Positions 1 through 14,460 are shown, numbered from the stretch's first letter. The stretch is DNA of 64,000 nt from the human T2T-CHM13v2.0 reference genome, Homo sapiens (GCA_009914755.4 CP068257.2:22752001-22816000); one strand, 5' to 3'. Translations and numbers: made by a program. The notes: generated by a model from the sequence alone, not told the origin.

Positions 1-3000
1 GATCCCAATACGTCAATAAGCTACTATTAAATTGGAATCATATGAAAACTAACATAAACCCAGAAAGGATGCCATATTGTTGCACTATTGTCTTGATTCT
101 CCAGTACTGAAATATGAATTACATTTACAATTAAAATAAATAAAAGATATTTATACCATCTGAAATAAAACTAATATTTTTCTATGTGAACTAAGAACAT
201 AAATGTTTAAGATAATGTTCTATTCAAACAGGCAATCATGAAATGGAATAGTTAATTGTCAATAACTGTATAAGAAACATACCTTAATAATTGTATACAA
301 CAAGATTTTATAATATAAAAATTTAAACATACAAATTATGTGAAAAAAAGATTTTAAAAGGTTTATAACATTTCCTCAACTTTTTCTAAGGAAACAATTA
401 TAATAATAAATGATACTATATTCATTTTAACTCCAGTCTTTTACTCACTTATACTAATATTTTCTGACCATGTATTTTGGAACAGGCAATATGCTATGCA
501 GCTGGGATACAATAGTAACATGAGAATCACTGCCTCCCACGAGCTTGACATTCAGAGAAGATATAACTAAAGTGATGAATTTTTGTTCAACTTAAGGTAG
601 CAGAATTACATGGAGGAAAGTGAATATCGATTTAGAATTAACGATCACTCTCCATTATCAGATAAGAATAATTTAATTGAAATGGTTACTAATACTATTT
701 TTTTAGGAAATAAACTTTTTTTATATACATTAGAGTGATTGAAAACTAGTTACTAATCATGAAATCTGTACCCCCCAAAAAATCCTGTAGCAATGCTCTC
801 AAAACTTTAATGTCCACTGGTTGAAATAAAGATTCTGATTTGCTGGATCTATGGCGAGGTCAAAGATGACAAATTTCAAGCAAGTTATACCAGTGTTGCT
901 GGATTTTTCTTTTAATTGATTGGCAAAGTTGTATAACTGCTGAGTCACTGTTTCTGTTTCCTTCTTGGAGCCACTTTTCCCAAAAAATGAATGTTCTTGT
1001 TAGATTCTTTAAAAAAATAGTTGGATGTCTCTGTACAGTGAATATGTTAACTGTGGTTAAGACTTTGCCTGTGGCTTTTGAGGGCTTCATTTGCTCTGGT
1101 CTTTTACTTAAGCAGAATGAACTTTGCAACTTTCCTCACCAGGAAGCTGCTTTGTCAGTGCCTGAGGTTAGTACTGTGTGAGCAGGTGTACACAATTCCT
1201 GTATTGGAAGAAAAAGCAGTGCTTTGGAGCAAGAAAACTAAAATTGTCCGAGTCTTTTACACTTTGTTACTGGAACACTTGCCACAGTTAAAGAAATATC
1301 AGATATCCTGACAAAAGAAATAGCAAATGCCCTGACATTTTATTTATGTTCAGAGTAATTTATTTTTATAAGAACCACGTCTGGAAGAAAGATAAAATGT
1401 AGCTAAAACGTTTACAATCAAAGCACACTGAAATAGAGAGTGCTATTGTATTGATGAAATACCCCTTATCAGAGCAGACTCACAGTTTTGTAAATATGAC
1501 TATATTGTTAAAGATAAAGGAAGTACTTTTACTTCAGGCAGCCCACTGACTGAAATACACAATGCAAAAATAAGTTACTATTGTATGCTAAAAAGACTCT
1601 TTTACATATTCTTAAACTCCATTCAAAATAAAATCAGCACCAGAAGAATGTTAGACCGGAATAAAAAGAACCAATTGAAATCTGAGCTCTTTTGTTTAGT
1701 ATTCCTGAGATGTCATATATGACATACAATTTCTGAGTATCTGCACCTTTAAAAAATTAAAGATAAACTTTTTATGTCGTTTCCCTTTGAGACGATGAAG
1801 AGTAAATAAAAAATAAAAGTAAAATGTTTTATAAATTGCAAATTATGATGTAAATGCACAGCATCATTACTATGTGATGTTTGCCTAGCTTATTTCACTT
1901 AACATAATTACTATAACATTTGAAACGGGGGAAAACAATGACTTACTTCAACACTAGCTAATAGCAAAATGCTACATCAGGATGGATCCTAAATGTAATT
2001 GATCCACTATAAAGAGGAATTTTTTAATGTGCATATGTTGCCTTCTGGAATGACATATTTTACAATAAAAATGAAATGTTAAGCCAAATTAAGATTTTCC
2101 CTTCAAATTCATTTATTTTATTGCAGTATTTTGACACTTTCTATCAATGCCTTAGCAATAAATTAATATTTTCTATTACCTTGTAATTATATTATTACAA
2201 TGGAATCTAATTCTTTGCAAGATCTCTGAAAGAATAAAGAAGCTTTATCATTTAAAATCATTTTTTTAGAAAAATTATGTTAATAAATAAGACCTATATA
2301 TCTTCAACCTTACTATTATGTATTTGACTTGTACTTTTAGACAAAATGGAATAAATCTTTATTAATAAATTCTGCTTTTTATTTCATGGATGTTTACTTA
2401 ATCTAAAAAAAAAAATCTTCCCTAAGCCTATTAGATAGGCTGGGCAAAATACGACAAACAATTTTTCAAAGCTTGCAATAAAGGAAAGCCCAGAAAATAA
2501 AAAACAAAAACAAAAAAAATGGTTGGTAGGCATAAAATAAAATGTAGATTCTCCTAAAAATGTTTGTCAATGACAGAGTCTTAACAGCAGCCCAGTATAA
2601 GGGATACAAGGCCTTGTAACCTCATAAAGTAAGAAGCTGAAACAGTAGCACCTCAGAATTTGTGGACCACAAAGAGATACACACTCAATGAAAAGGTAAA
2701 CTTTACAAAGTCCAACCTGGACTACAAGGAAAAGATAAGTTCTTTATTAGTTTTAGCTCCAGGTAGTGGAAACTATCCTCTCAAGAGGACAGGATACTTT
2801 AGCCATGTTCTTAATTATATTTGGGATTTGAATTTTTATTGTAACCTTATAAGACAACAAATACCTTTAAAGTGTTTTCGAGTTGGTAGTAACTGGGGCA
2901 CCTGGCAGCAGCAAACACAAATTCTCTCTAAAGGAAATGCCTATTAGCCTAAGCCCTAAGAATTACTACTGATTAAGATCATTCAAATATACGTTTACAA

Positions 3001-3149
3001 ACCTAAATTTCAACATATAATAAATAAATTATCATAAGTTAGTTTTAATAAAACAAAATTAGACAACTAAGTATTTCAGATATGTAAATTTTTATATATA
3101 TACACTATAAAATACATGTAATTTTTTAATGAAAGAATTGAAAATATGA

Positions 3150-3900
3150 GCAAGGAATATGAAATGAGAAAATATCAGAAGACAGTTTTAAAATTAACTA
3201 ATAAGAACTTGTAGAAATGAAAAATGTATTCACTGAATTTAAAAGTTCAATGGATGGTTTAATCTGAAGATTAGACACAGCCAAGAGATGAGAAATGAGT
3301 TGGAAGATATAACTGAGCATGCGTGTTAAGACAAGAAAGGCAAGGAATGAAAATTCTGAAAGCTGGGAAGAGTTGAGAGGCATAGATTATGGACCAAATG
3401 AGAAGGTTTAGTATGAATCCAACTGGCATTCTGAAAAGAGACAATGCAGAAATGGAAGAGGGAAGAAACAAGATTTAACAAAAAAAGGCTGTGAATTTCC
3501 CCAAATTGATAAAAAGCATGCATCTGTATTTTCAGGAATCATACTGAAACCAAGAAAATAAATTTAAAAAAATTTTCACCTGGAGAAATTATACTGAAAA
3601 TTTAGAACACTAAAGGAGATAAAGAAAATATTAAAAGAAAAAAGGCAGGCTACTTGTAAGAAGCAAAGATTAAGTGAATACACTAAATGATACTACGAAA
3701 CATCTTCAGAAATGAATGGGGATTATAAAGAAAATTATCAGGATATTCATCAGTATTGGTCAAGGATCTATGAGAATGTGATTTGGAAGAGCTAAAATGG
3801 CTAATCTCTTCCTTAAATAGTTTGATGAATTGTTGGTTTTCATGTAGTAATTTGTTATATTTAAATATGGAATAAAACATTAAAAAATCTAAAATACTGT
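3150..3900 (+). mobile_element. L1 fragment, C-terminal ORF1 region through inter-ORF (old L1M-like, degenerate)
   Basis: Diverged similarity to the end of L1 ORF1, including a motif like ...cataatcaaactgtcaaaagacaaagacaaagaaaga...gcaggctacttgtaagaagcaaagattaagtgaatacactaaatgatactac... Frames are broken by stops. Recognised from the remembered L1 consensus, not searched. Confidence 0.4.
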
Positions 3901-6689
3901 AATTCTAATAAAAATGTTGTAAGTCAATTGATTAGGAAAAGAGTATACTTGGATAGAGACTTAAAGGAGTTAGTATTTGATCCTCAAAATTAGTATCAAC
4001 TCTCAATTCCTGAGGCTTTACAATTTGTTAAGCCTTCTTCAAAGGGGCATAAATGTATTAACTCCATTAGACCTTACACTAACTCAATGGAGTATATAAT
4101 TTTGTTTTTCCATCGTACTGATGAGGAAAATAAAACACAAAGCAATTGTCCATAATTAGGTTTGACTTTTGGCCAAGTATTTGCTTAGAAAGCTATCTTT
4201 TAGAACATCAGGAAATCAATCTGTCAGAGCTAGAGAACACTTAAACTATGAGCACCCAAAATTACAGCTTTATAATTGTAAGAATTAAAATATGCTCTAT
4301 TTCTTCTAAAATATTTTTCCATAAATGTTTTAATATGCAAAAAGCTATTCTAAATGCTATAATTTTCATTTATCATGACCTCAAAACCTTGAATTTATAT
4401 TCCTAAACCCAGGTCTATGCAGAGCTTTTGATTTATACTATACTTTACAAAATATATTTTATTCTGACATCCTTGTAAAGCTATTTGATTGTGATGCAGT
4501 TTTTAAAATTATGATATAATTAGCTTTGTACATTTATACCTTCAGCACATGACTCAGGATTTTCTGCATATGGTAAGAAAAATTGTATTATATTGAATAG
4601 CAATAACTTCATGAATAAATATTCAAGTAAGTGAATTCCTTCATATAAATTAGAAATGGTAAAGCTTGATAAGATTACTTTCAGTTAATGCATATTCTTA
4701 TTCCTTCTGTAATTCTATGAATACCAATACCTGAGTAACTATCTTCAATGAAAATCAACCCAGAATATGAGTAACATGGGAAATGATCTGTTCCTAGTTA
4801 ATCACCCTTAAATAAGATACTTTTTACCGTTTGTAAATATGAGGGTAAATACATACATTTATAAGAAAATTCCTAGCTTAGACTATGTCACATTTTCAAG
4901 TTACATCTTTATATAACATTCTCATCTCTTGTAGAGTATGCTCACTAAACAAACTATGTCAAATGAGACAATGCATGCTGTGGAAACAAAAGTGACTTAA
5001 TCTTGGATACTAATCCTTCTTGTTCACTTCGGATTAACTCCAGTTTCACAAATGCCTCCAGATTTCTACTTGATGTGCTGTCCTTAGCATAAGAACATGT
5101 CAATCTTGATACAAATCATCAGCATACGGCATTCTTAGCTGTCCTGGAGGGTTGCCTTTAATTGTCGTGCACAGAGCATATACTGTTTGCAGTGGTATAT
5201 AAGCCCTGAGGCTGGGGAGTAACAGTTTGGGGATCTACCTGTCTTGCTGCCACCTGAGACCATGCTTCTATCAGTAAGTTAACCCAGTAAACAAACTGGA
5301 TTTCTCTGCCTCCTTCTTTGGTTTGTCACATCTTTCTGCATTTGGAGGTTGTTATGTAAAGATGACCCTTTCACAGAACACATGTGACAATATATAAAAG
5401 TATACATTACTTCATCAGTATCAAATATTATTCTGTTACTACTACTTTTATTAAGCTACAGCTTTCCTTCTTTTTACAGAGTGGCAGAGGCAATATATAA
5501 TTATATAACAAATTATAATAGAAGTTGTGCTATTCTTCAGTCTTTGAGGCAATGTTGTGTTCAAATCATGTTTTGCATAGAAGATATACTACATTTCAAA
5601 CTAGTGTGACATCATTTCATCAAGAGCATTTCATCTCTTCACTGAAATTTGAAATAAAGATTATGGATGCCACCAACATTTTTAATTATCTCCTATTTCT
5701 TACTTTAAAAAAACAACAAAAGAATAATCATATGAAGGAAGATGGGCCACAGCTCATTATTTTCAGTTTAAAAAGTGAGAAATGATGAAAATTAGAAATC
5801 TTTATAGAATTTAGAATAAAGAATACAAGAGTTTGATAGTTATTAGTTAACTGGGATAGTAAAGAAATATGAGTAACACTATGGCATTTATAACTTAGAT
5901 GAAATGAACTAATTATTTAAAAGACACAAGTTTCCAAAACTCACAAAAGAGGAAACAGATCATCTAAGTAGGCCTATTTTACAGCATTTGAATCAGTAAT
6001 TAACGATTTTACAAAGAGAAAGCACAAGGTGCTGAAGAGTTCACCAGTAAATTCTACCAAACATTAAAAACAATAAATACTACCAATTCTCCACAAACTC
6101 TTCCATAAAATAGAAGCAGAAAGAATACTTCCTAGTTATCCTAATGTCAAAATCAGATAAAAACATTACAGGAAAGAGAAACTATATATCATCATCTCTC
6201 GTGAATGTAGATACAATAATGTTCAACAGAAATATTTCAGTACAGTTCAACATTATAAAATCTATCAAAATAATTCATCCTATCAACAAGCTAAAAAGCA
6301 AAAATCATATATCATTTGATGTATGAAATAAAAGACACTTATCAAAATGCAATGCCCTGTCATGATAAAATTGTTCAAACTAGGACAAAGGGGGACTTTG
6401 TCAACTCTATAAAGAATATCTACAAACAACTTACTGCTAACATCATGCTGAATGGCAGGACACTTGACCTTGTAGGATTTGGAACAAGGAAGCGATGTTC
6501 TCTTACCACTTTTATTTGACATCCTATTGGAAGTCTTAGCTAATGCAACAAGACAAGAAAAAGATGCAAACGATAAGGGGGGAAGCAGTCTTTGTTTGCA
6601 GATGATATGATTATCTATGTAGAAAATTCCAAAGAATGAGGAATGACAGCAACAATGTCTGTAATGACTTAAGCTAGTATAATGATGCC

Positions 6690-7128
6690 ACAGGATACAT
6701 AGTGTTATGAATGGAAATGTGGCCTCCCAAAAGAAATCCTGAGGTACCTGTGTATGTAACTTTATTTGAAAAGAGGGTCTTTTCAGAAGTGGCAAACAAA
6801 AGGTGCAGTCATTAATGGTGGACCTTAATATGATATGACTGGTGTCCTTATAAGAAGGAGAAATTTGGACAGACACAAAAAGGGAGAACATCATATGACA
6901 ACAGAGGCAGAGATTGGAATAACGCAGCTGCAAGCCAAGGAAGGCCAAGCATTGAAAGCCAATATCTGCAGTTAAAAAAAAGCAAGGAAGAATTCTACAT
7001 AGAAGGAGCATGAACCTTGAATATTTACTTCCAGCCTCCAGACTGTGAGAGAACACATTTCTATTGTTTTAACCACTTAGCTGATAGTACTTTGTTATGG
7101 TGGCCTTGGGAAACTTACGCACATGGTT
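6690..7128 (+). mobile_element. MLT1-type MaLR LTR nested within the L1
   Basis: Matches the MLT1 consensus core (...ggtggaccttaatatgatatgactggtgtccttataagaaggagaaatttggacagacacaaaaagggagaac...) and the characteristic 3' end ccagcctccagactgtgagagaacacatttctattgttttaaccacttagctgatagtactttgttatggtggcc. The consensus here reads cctccagaactgtaagataataaatttgtgttgttttaagccac...tttgttacagcagc. Confidence 0.6.
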
Positions 7129-7150
7129 TCAATAAAAAAGTCAATTATTT

Positions 7151-7459
<309 letters not shown>

Positions 7460-8241
7460 TCAATTATTTTTTGCTATAACAGGGATAAATACATCAAACA
7501 AAATATGTGCAGGACTTATATTAAAAGACCCACAAAACTCTGATGAAAGAAATCAAAGAGAAACTAAACAAAGAGCGATAGCCCAAGTTATGAATTTGCT
7601 AAGATGCCAATATTCCCAACTGGCTATTTAGATTCAATGTAATCCTTATAAAAATTTCATTGAACTGTTTTGTAGATATCCACAAACTGGTTAGAAAGTT
7701 TATATGTAAAGGCAGAAGGTCTAGAAGAGCCAACACAATACTGCAGAACAACAAAGGAAGGGGATTGACACTCTTGATTCAAGATTTACTCTAAAGCTAC
7801 AACAATAAAGACAGCGTAATATTGGAAGAAGGATGCACATGGAAATTAACTGACCAGATTAGGGAGGCCAAAAATTGACCTACACAAATATAGTAAACTG
7901 ATCTTTGATAGGAGCAGAGGCAATTGAATAGAGAAAGGATAGTCTTCTCACCAATTGGTGCTGGAACATTTGGCTGTCCATATGTAAAAGAAAAATCAAC
8001 CTAGGCATATACATTACACATTTCAGGTGAATTAACTCAAACTAGATCAGAGACATAAATGTAAGCATACAAAACTAAAAATCTCCTAGAAGCATCAGAA
8101 GAACAAATCTAGCTGACCTTGTATTTGTCAATGTATTTTTAGATACAATACCAAAAGCGTGGTCCAAGAAAAACAGATAATTTGATCTTTACTAAAACTA
8201 ATACTTCTGTGAAAAACCCTGTGACAAGAATGAAATAACAA

Positions 8242-8378
8242 GCCAGGTGTGACAGTACGTGCCTGTTGACTCAGCTACTTTGGAGGCTGAGGCAGGAGGA
8301 TCATTTGAGCCCAGGAATTTGAGACCAGCCTGGGCAATATGGGGAGACTTCACCTCTAAGAGAGAGACAGAAAAAAAA
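8242..8378 (+). mobile_element. FLAM, a free left Alu monomer-like element, nested in L1 ORF2
   Basis: gccaggtgtgacag...gcctgttgactcagctactttggaggctgaggcaggaggatcatttgagcccaggaatttgagaccagcctgggcaatatgg followed by an A-rich tail. Only left-arm homology is present. It interrupts otherwise contiguous L1 ORF2 sequence. Confidence 0.75.
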
Positions 8379-8517
8379 GAAATGACAAGACAGAGTTCAG
8401 ATAAAATATTTGCAGAAGAACATATCTGATAAGTAACTTTGTATCCAAAACACTCAAGGAATCCTTATGACCCAACAGTAAAAAAACTAACAGCCCAATT
8501 TAAAAAAGTGGGCAAAA

Positions 8518-8617
8518 GTGGGGAGGCTGTGCATGTGTGGGGACAGGGGCTATATGAGAGCTCTCTGTATTTTCCACTCAATTTTTTTTTGTAAATCTAA
8601 AATTGCTCTGTTAATTA
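8518..8617 (+). mobile_element. About 100-bp, heavily 5'-truncated L1 3'-terminal fragment inserted into the older L1 ORF2
   Basis: The segment ggggaggctgtgcatgtgtggggacaggggctatatgagagctctctgtattttccactcaattttttttgtaaatctaaaattgctctgttaattaaaa matches the extreme 3' terminus of old L1 3' UTRs (...ggggaggctatgcatgtgtggggg...ctcaattttgctgtgaacctaaaactgctctaaaaaataaa). It is flanked by the near-identical host sequences aaaaagtgggcaaaa at 8503-8517 and aaaaatgggcaaaa at 8617-8630. The host L1 ORF2 sequence is contiguous across the insertion. Confidence 0.5.
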
Positions 8618-10138
8618 AAAATGGGCAAAATATCTAAACAAACGCCTCATCGAAGAAAATATAGTTGGCAAATAAGCATATGAAGATATTTTCAACATCA
8701 TTTGTCATTAGGGAGTCACAAATTATAACAACAATGTGATATCACTATACACATTTTAGGTTGGCTAAACAAAAACAAAAACAAAGCTGGCAATACCAGC
8801 TGCAAATGAGAAAAACCAGAATCCTTCCTCATTGCTGGTGGGGATACAAAAGAGTACCACGTTGGAAGACAATCTGGCAGTTTCTTACTAAAGTAAACAT
8901 GGTTTTACCATATGATCCAGTATTGTGCTACTCCATATTTACTAGCTAATTTGAAAAATGTCTAAAAACCTGCACTTGAATATTTATAGCAGATTTATTT
9001 ATAAGCACCAAAAATGATTGGAAGCAACCAAGATTTTCTTCAATAAGTGAAAGTATAAACAAAGCATGGTACCCCAATGCAATGAGTATTATTCAGAGAT
9101 AAAAAGAAATAAAGTATCAAGCGCAAAATAATATGAAAGCATCTTAAATTCATGGAGCAAAATGAAAAAAGCCAGTCTGAAAAGGCTATGTACTGTGTGG
9201 TTATAATTATACCTCATTCTAGAAAAAGCAAACTATAGAGACACAAAAAGATGAGTGGCTGTCAAAGGTATGGGGGAGATAGAGGATTAAATATGTGAAA
9301 TGAAATATTTTAGGATAGTGATTCTATTATGTATCACACTTTAATTGTGGATATGTGAGACTATTCCTATGTCAAAACACATTGAGATTTACAGCACACA
9401 ATGAACTTTAATGCATGAAAATTATAAACATTTTTACAAGTTTGGAGAAATCACAAGATTGAATGTAAAATAATATATATAATCTAACTGTATTGCAAAT
9501 ATGTAAAACAACCTCAGTAAAGGAGGTAGGAGAAAAAGGTGTTGACCTCAAAATAACTTTGGAAATGAGTGGAGGTCCATAAAACTAATGGCAAGAAATT
9601 GTACATAACCACTGAAGCTTCGTTGTTAAAATTTTATTCCACGGTGATACAAGTTAAAAATTCTGATAGTACTATTCATGTATACTGGAATTGAACAACT
9701 AAGTAGAAGGATGAGAAATGTTGGGAGCCAGATTTCTCCCTGTTGGAATGGGAATTTATAGATAAATGAGGGAAGGAGGGGAGAATGATCCATAGAGTAA
9801 TGGATTAGAATTAGAAACATCAGTCTGAACAGATGTTTACTTAATATGGACATGGATGGTTACACATATAAATATTTAAAGAGATGTATAAATCCATTGG
9901 TTAGTATATACATGCATATATTTTCTTGTTCTAACAGCTAAGAGAGAAGAGAAGCAGGATATCCCAGTAGCAATAAATATATGGATACCTAACCTGTTCT
10001 TGATTTCTAATATTCTTTAATAAAAGGAACCAAGGAACCAGGTGTCTTTGGAGAAATGACTGACTTTAACACTTGGGCAGGAAAGTTTCAAGATGAACCT
10101 GGAGCATTTTGCAGTGTCAGAAATTAAGGAAATGCTGT

Positions 10139-10236
10139 AAAAACAAACACACAAACAAAAAAACTCCTTCACACAACTATGGAGTATGCTAAAAAACACA
10201 ACACAACACAACAAAACAAAACAAAACAAAAAACAC
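10139..10236 (+). repeat. A/C-rich low-complexity simple repeat (CAAAA / CAACA units)
   Basis: aaacaaacacacaaacaaaaaaac ... aaaaaacacaacacaacacaacaaaacaaaacaaaacaaaaaacac. Confidence 0.8.
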
Positions 10237-10379
10237 AGGAGCCAACTGAAAGAGCTCCCAGTGGCCAAACCTGGAAAGATTCGAGTGACAATAAATAAAG
10301 CAATATTGGATTCTAATCTAAAAAATAAAATACATATCCATGAATTCATGCTATAATCAATTAAGGATTGAATAAATAA

Positions 10380-11110
10380 ATACATAGATTCAGGGGAGAA
10401 AATTTTCCATGCAGAAAATTTCCAAATTATTTATGTAGATACCTTGTCCTCAAAGAGGTGAAGCATGACTCCTCACCCCTTAAGTGTGGGCTGTGCATAG
10501 TGACTTTCTTCCAAAAAATATGATATGAAAAGTTGGAGAAAATATAACTTTACAGTGAATAAAGCTGATGAACATTACTGCAGGCAGGTGATAAAAATCA
10601 TCTTCAACTATGATAAGTGATGTGGATACAATATATCCTTGGTAGGATGTTAGTAAAATAGTACTTTACTTTTGTGGTTTTTCTCCCAAATGTCCAGAAC
10701 CCTGGTCTCATCCTGAGAAAAACTTCGTACAAATGCTAATGTATGAATTAGAATGTGGGACATTCTAATTATCTGACCAGCACTCTTCAAAACTGTCATG
10801 GTTATCAGAAACAGCCAAAGTCTGAGAAAACACTGCAGAAAACGGAGCCTAAAAAGGCATGACAACTTAATGCAATGTGGTATCCTGAAAAAGAAAAGGA
10901 GATTAGGTAAAAACTAAGAAAATCCAAATTAAGGATGTCCTTTATTCAATAATAATTTATCAAAATTGGGTCCTTAATTGTAACAAGTGTACTGTATTAA
11001 GGTAGGATATTAATAAAAGGGAACACTAAACGTGTATATAAGAACCCTCTGTATTATATTAGAAATACCCTGTAAATCAAAAACTGTTAAAATGTATTAA
11101 AATTATTTTC
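10380..11110 (+). mobile_element. 3' end of a second, older L1 (L1M-type 3' UTR)
   Basis: Colinear similarity to old L1 3' UTR consensus: ccttaagtgtgggctgtgcatagtgactttcttccaaaaaatatgatatgaaaagttggagaaaatataactttacagtgaataaagctgatgaacattactgcaggcaggtgat...catcctgagaaaaacttcgtacaaatgctaatgtatgaattagaatgtgggacattctaattatctgaccagcactcttcaaaactgtcatggttatcagaaacagccaaagtctgagaaaacactgcag...ggtatcctgaaaaagaaaaggagattaggtaaaaactaagaaaatccaaattaagg...aaccctctgtattatattagaaataccctgtaaatcaaaaactgtt. Confidence 0.5.
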
Positions 11111-12052
11111 AGAGGTTAAAATGTCTTTTATTTATGTGGATATTAGGAGAAATTTCTGTATTGTAGGTTTATTGGATGATAAGGTACTTAATAAGTAGCA
11201 GTATCCAGCCTGCTTTCTCTTCTTTTGTAGTAGAAATAACCATGAAAAGAAGCAAATCTCTGACAGAAATCTAAAGTTTCAAGCAAAGTGTAACATTAGA
11301 GAAGTATAACTAAAAATATTCAATGAAGAATATAGAGCAGAAGGGAGAGATCTTAAAAGAGCAAGCAAATAGAAAACAAGTTATAAAATGGCTTACAAAA
11401 ACCATATCATATCAATAGTCACCTTAAGCATTGATGGACCAAGCACTAACAAACAGGTTGTCATCTAATTTTACCAATTTCTGGGTAGTATATAGCAGAT
11501 AAATGTAAGTGTAATGGATACTGTCTTTAATTTTTACTGTGGCTTATTTATAAACACTTATTCAGAGACAAAAAACAAGCTTGACTTTGTAAATGTACAG
11601 CATATACAAGCATACTCATGCATAAACTAGCTAAAATGTATTTGATTGGTTTTTAAAACATATGTAATATAATTGCACATCAAGGTTACAAATCTCTGTT
11701 AGAAATTTTTGCAAAATCTCACCATTATTATTTAAGGTTGTTATTTAAGAATAAATGTAATGTATGGATATATTTGATAATCATTTTTAATATACAACAT
11801 TTCAACCACATATATAAGCCTAGTTCAACAAATATTGTATGCAAATAGTTTAAAGTCTAACTACCTTCTAGTATATTTACTTAATTCATTTTCATTAATT
11901 CAGACCCAGAGATTGTGAATAATATATAAAATTTCAATTGAACATATACATATATTCTCCATTTGCAGATTAACCTAAAAATAGATATAATGTTTAGTTT
12001 TTGAAATCTAATGATTTATGGAAAATGCACTGGAAATTTGCTTGCAACATAC

Positions 12053-12091
12053 GTGTTTGTGTGTGTGAGTGTGTGTGTGTATGTGTGTGTG
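12053..12091 (+). repeat. (GT)n microsatellite
   Basis: gtgtttgtgtgtgtgagtgtgtgtgtgtatgtgtgtgtg. Confidence 0.9.
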
Positions 12092-14139
12092 CATACTTGG
12101 GTTATGGATTTGGCTCAAGATATTTTAATTGGTTGAGGTCATTCATGCGATGTTTAAAAAAAGTTTTTTTTTTTAATTTTTTCAAATTAAAAGTGGCAGA
12201 GCCAGTCAGCCTTGAAATGATTGACAATATCCACTATGAACTGTAATCAAGTACATTTGAGAAAAGCTCTTCTTTAATTTTCTTTAATGAAGCCACAAAT
12301 TGAAGCTATTATATGCAAAGTAATTAGTAGCAATGTTTAAAATATTAATTTTTAGACTATGGGTTGTACATTTAATATATCCTTAGTATTTAACTTCTGA
12401 TATTTGATCTATGTCTAATTTTGAAATTTATTTTAGAATAAAATAGGTAGATTAAAATTAATAAAAATACTATATTTTTCATATTACAATGTTTTTGCTT
12501 GGTATAAGAAAATCTGTTCATTAATGAGATTTTGACATTATATGAAAAATATATCATCATTTTTATTAGCTTAATAGGAGAAAAATTGACTTTATTTTTC
12601 TCAATTTCATATTTTTAAATTGTGGACAAATAAAGGCAATGGTAGAGCCTAAGTGTGAATCTATTTTATACTGCAGATATCAGATTATTTTATTACTTTG
12701 GGTTGTTAAATTTTGATAAGCAATTATGTTTAGCTCTTCAAATGTAATTAAGCATTGGTATATTTCAACCCATGGATTTCATCAGTGACCTCTTCATCCA
12801 GAAGTTGCCTGATAGGATTTGCTGAAATATTGTGGCAACTACATTGAGAAACAAACAACAAAATCTGCTAATTATGAAAAAAAAGCAGCAACAAATTCAG
12901 CTCTGAGGCCCTCAGATGTCATATTGTAGCTGGATTAAGACACCTAGCAATTTAAGAAATGTGAATTGAAAAGACATGAGTCAGCCAGAGTATTTCAGAA
13001 TTTTTTTAGTTAGTTTTGAATGAATATTCTTGCCTGTAAACATAAACATTTAGAATAAAGGTATTGCAATTTATATTTATTTATGAAAATACTCATATTT
13101 AGGAGGACAGTATATTAATACTATCAACAGAGTTAAACATTGCAATGCCCAGGTTTCAGGCTGAAATATTATTGCTTTGCCTTTTGATGATACCTAAGGG
13201 CTCATATCTGAAATGATATGTTAAAAGGCCCGTGAGACCTAACAGTGAACTTAGCATACAAATTGGAATTTTTATTTATTTAATTTTAAGTGATTCAAAT
13301 GAATTTTTATTGCAACAAGACAGTTATTATTTTCTAGAAATAATTTTCTAGAAATTTTTGAATGCTAAATGTTTGCTAAAAATACTCAAATTTTCTTTAA
13401 TTTTTTGTGAAAATTATGGATATTTTTTAGAGGTTTTCCCCTAATGATAATGCTGCCTCATTAAATTTTTTATTTTATGATTATCCAGATACCATAGTTT
13501 CAGATCTCTCATATGGCTATTCTACCCATATAGTACAATGAGTTTAACCCTCTTCCGCTAACATACTCATAAAGGCAAAGATCAGTAAATGTTCAACCCT
13601 GAGGTACCTGACAGGGGAGGGAACATCACTGAAGCTCTTTTAGAATAGAGAAGTTTGAATCCCTCAAATCTTAGGATTCAGGTGAAAAATGTCCCATGCT
13701 ATCATATTCCACTGTTTTAGCATACGGTTAGCATTTCTTCAATTTTTTTCTAAAATTGACACTTAAATAAGAGGCTCCAATTTTATTTTGTGGCTTCTGA
13801 TACCTCTAAATGTAAACCCCTATGTCATATAAAGCCCACTTTTAGATGCAAAACCTGGAAGATATAGATTATTACCTTCCTACAAATACCATGAGTAAAA
13901 ATATTAAACTCCATTGGAAAGCAGAAATGGAAAGAAAATGGTTCTCAAATTTCTGCCCCCGGAATACACATCATATGTAATTCTTCCCCCTTAAGTGTGA
14001 GCAGAAACCCTGAGTATGATGAGATGTCATTCCTGTTTATGGTGAACTGTATGGCAAAAATATTTTACAGATGTAGTTAAGGTTTCTAATCAAAAGAGAG
14101 GTTACTTGTTATCAGACAAGCCCTTTGAAATAGGGTCTA

Positions 14140-14460
14140 GGCTGGGCTCAGTGGCTCATGCCTGTAATCTCAGCATTTTGCAGGCTGAGGCAGGAGGACT
14201 GCTTGACCTCAGGAGTTCAACGTCAGCATGGGCAACGTGGTGAAACCCAGTCTCTATAAAAAAAAAAACAAAAATTAGGCAGAAGTAGTGGCGCATGCCC
14301 ATAGTCCCAGCTTCCTGGGGAGCTGAAGTGGAAGGGTCAGTTGAGCCTGGGAGTTTGAAACTTCCTGGAGCTGTGTTCACACCACTTCACTCCTGCCTGG
14401 GTGACAAAGTGAGACCCTATCTCAAAAAGTAAATAAATAAATGAAATTAAATAAAATACA
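14140..14460 (+). mobile_element. Full-length Alu, moderately diverged, with A-rich AAAT-type tail
   Basis: ggctgggctcagtggctcatgcctgtaatctcagcattttgcaggctgaggcaggaggactgcttgacctcaggagttcaacgtcagcatgggcaacgtggtgaaacccagtctctataaaaaaaaaaacaaaaattaggc ... cactcctgcctgggtgacaaagtgagaccctatctcaaaaagtaaataaataaatg. The dimeric structure has a middle A-rich linker. Confidence 0.9.

Noticed and set aside
1-4. Window begins with GATC (Sau3AI/MboI site), suggesting a clone end
   Set aside because: A single 4-bp site is expected by chance every 256 bp. No vector sequence is present, so this is not evidence of a cloning junction.
6283-7056. 257-aa ORF on the minus strand, the longest in the track
   Set aside because: It lies antisense across L1 ORF2 and an MLT1 LTR and is cysteine, leucine and serine rich. 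It resembles no protein family I know, and no start context or splice signals support it. It is a chance open frame in AT-rich repeat DNA.
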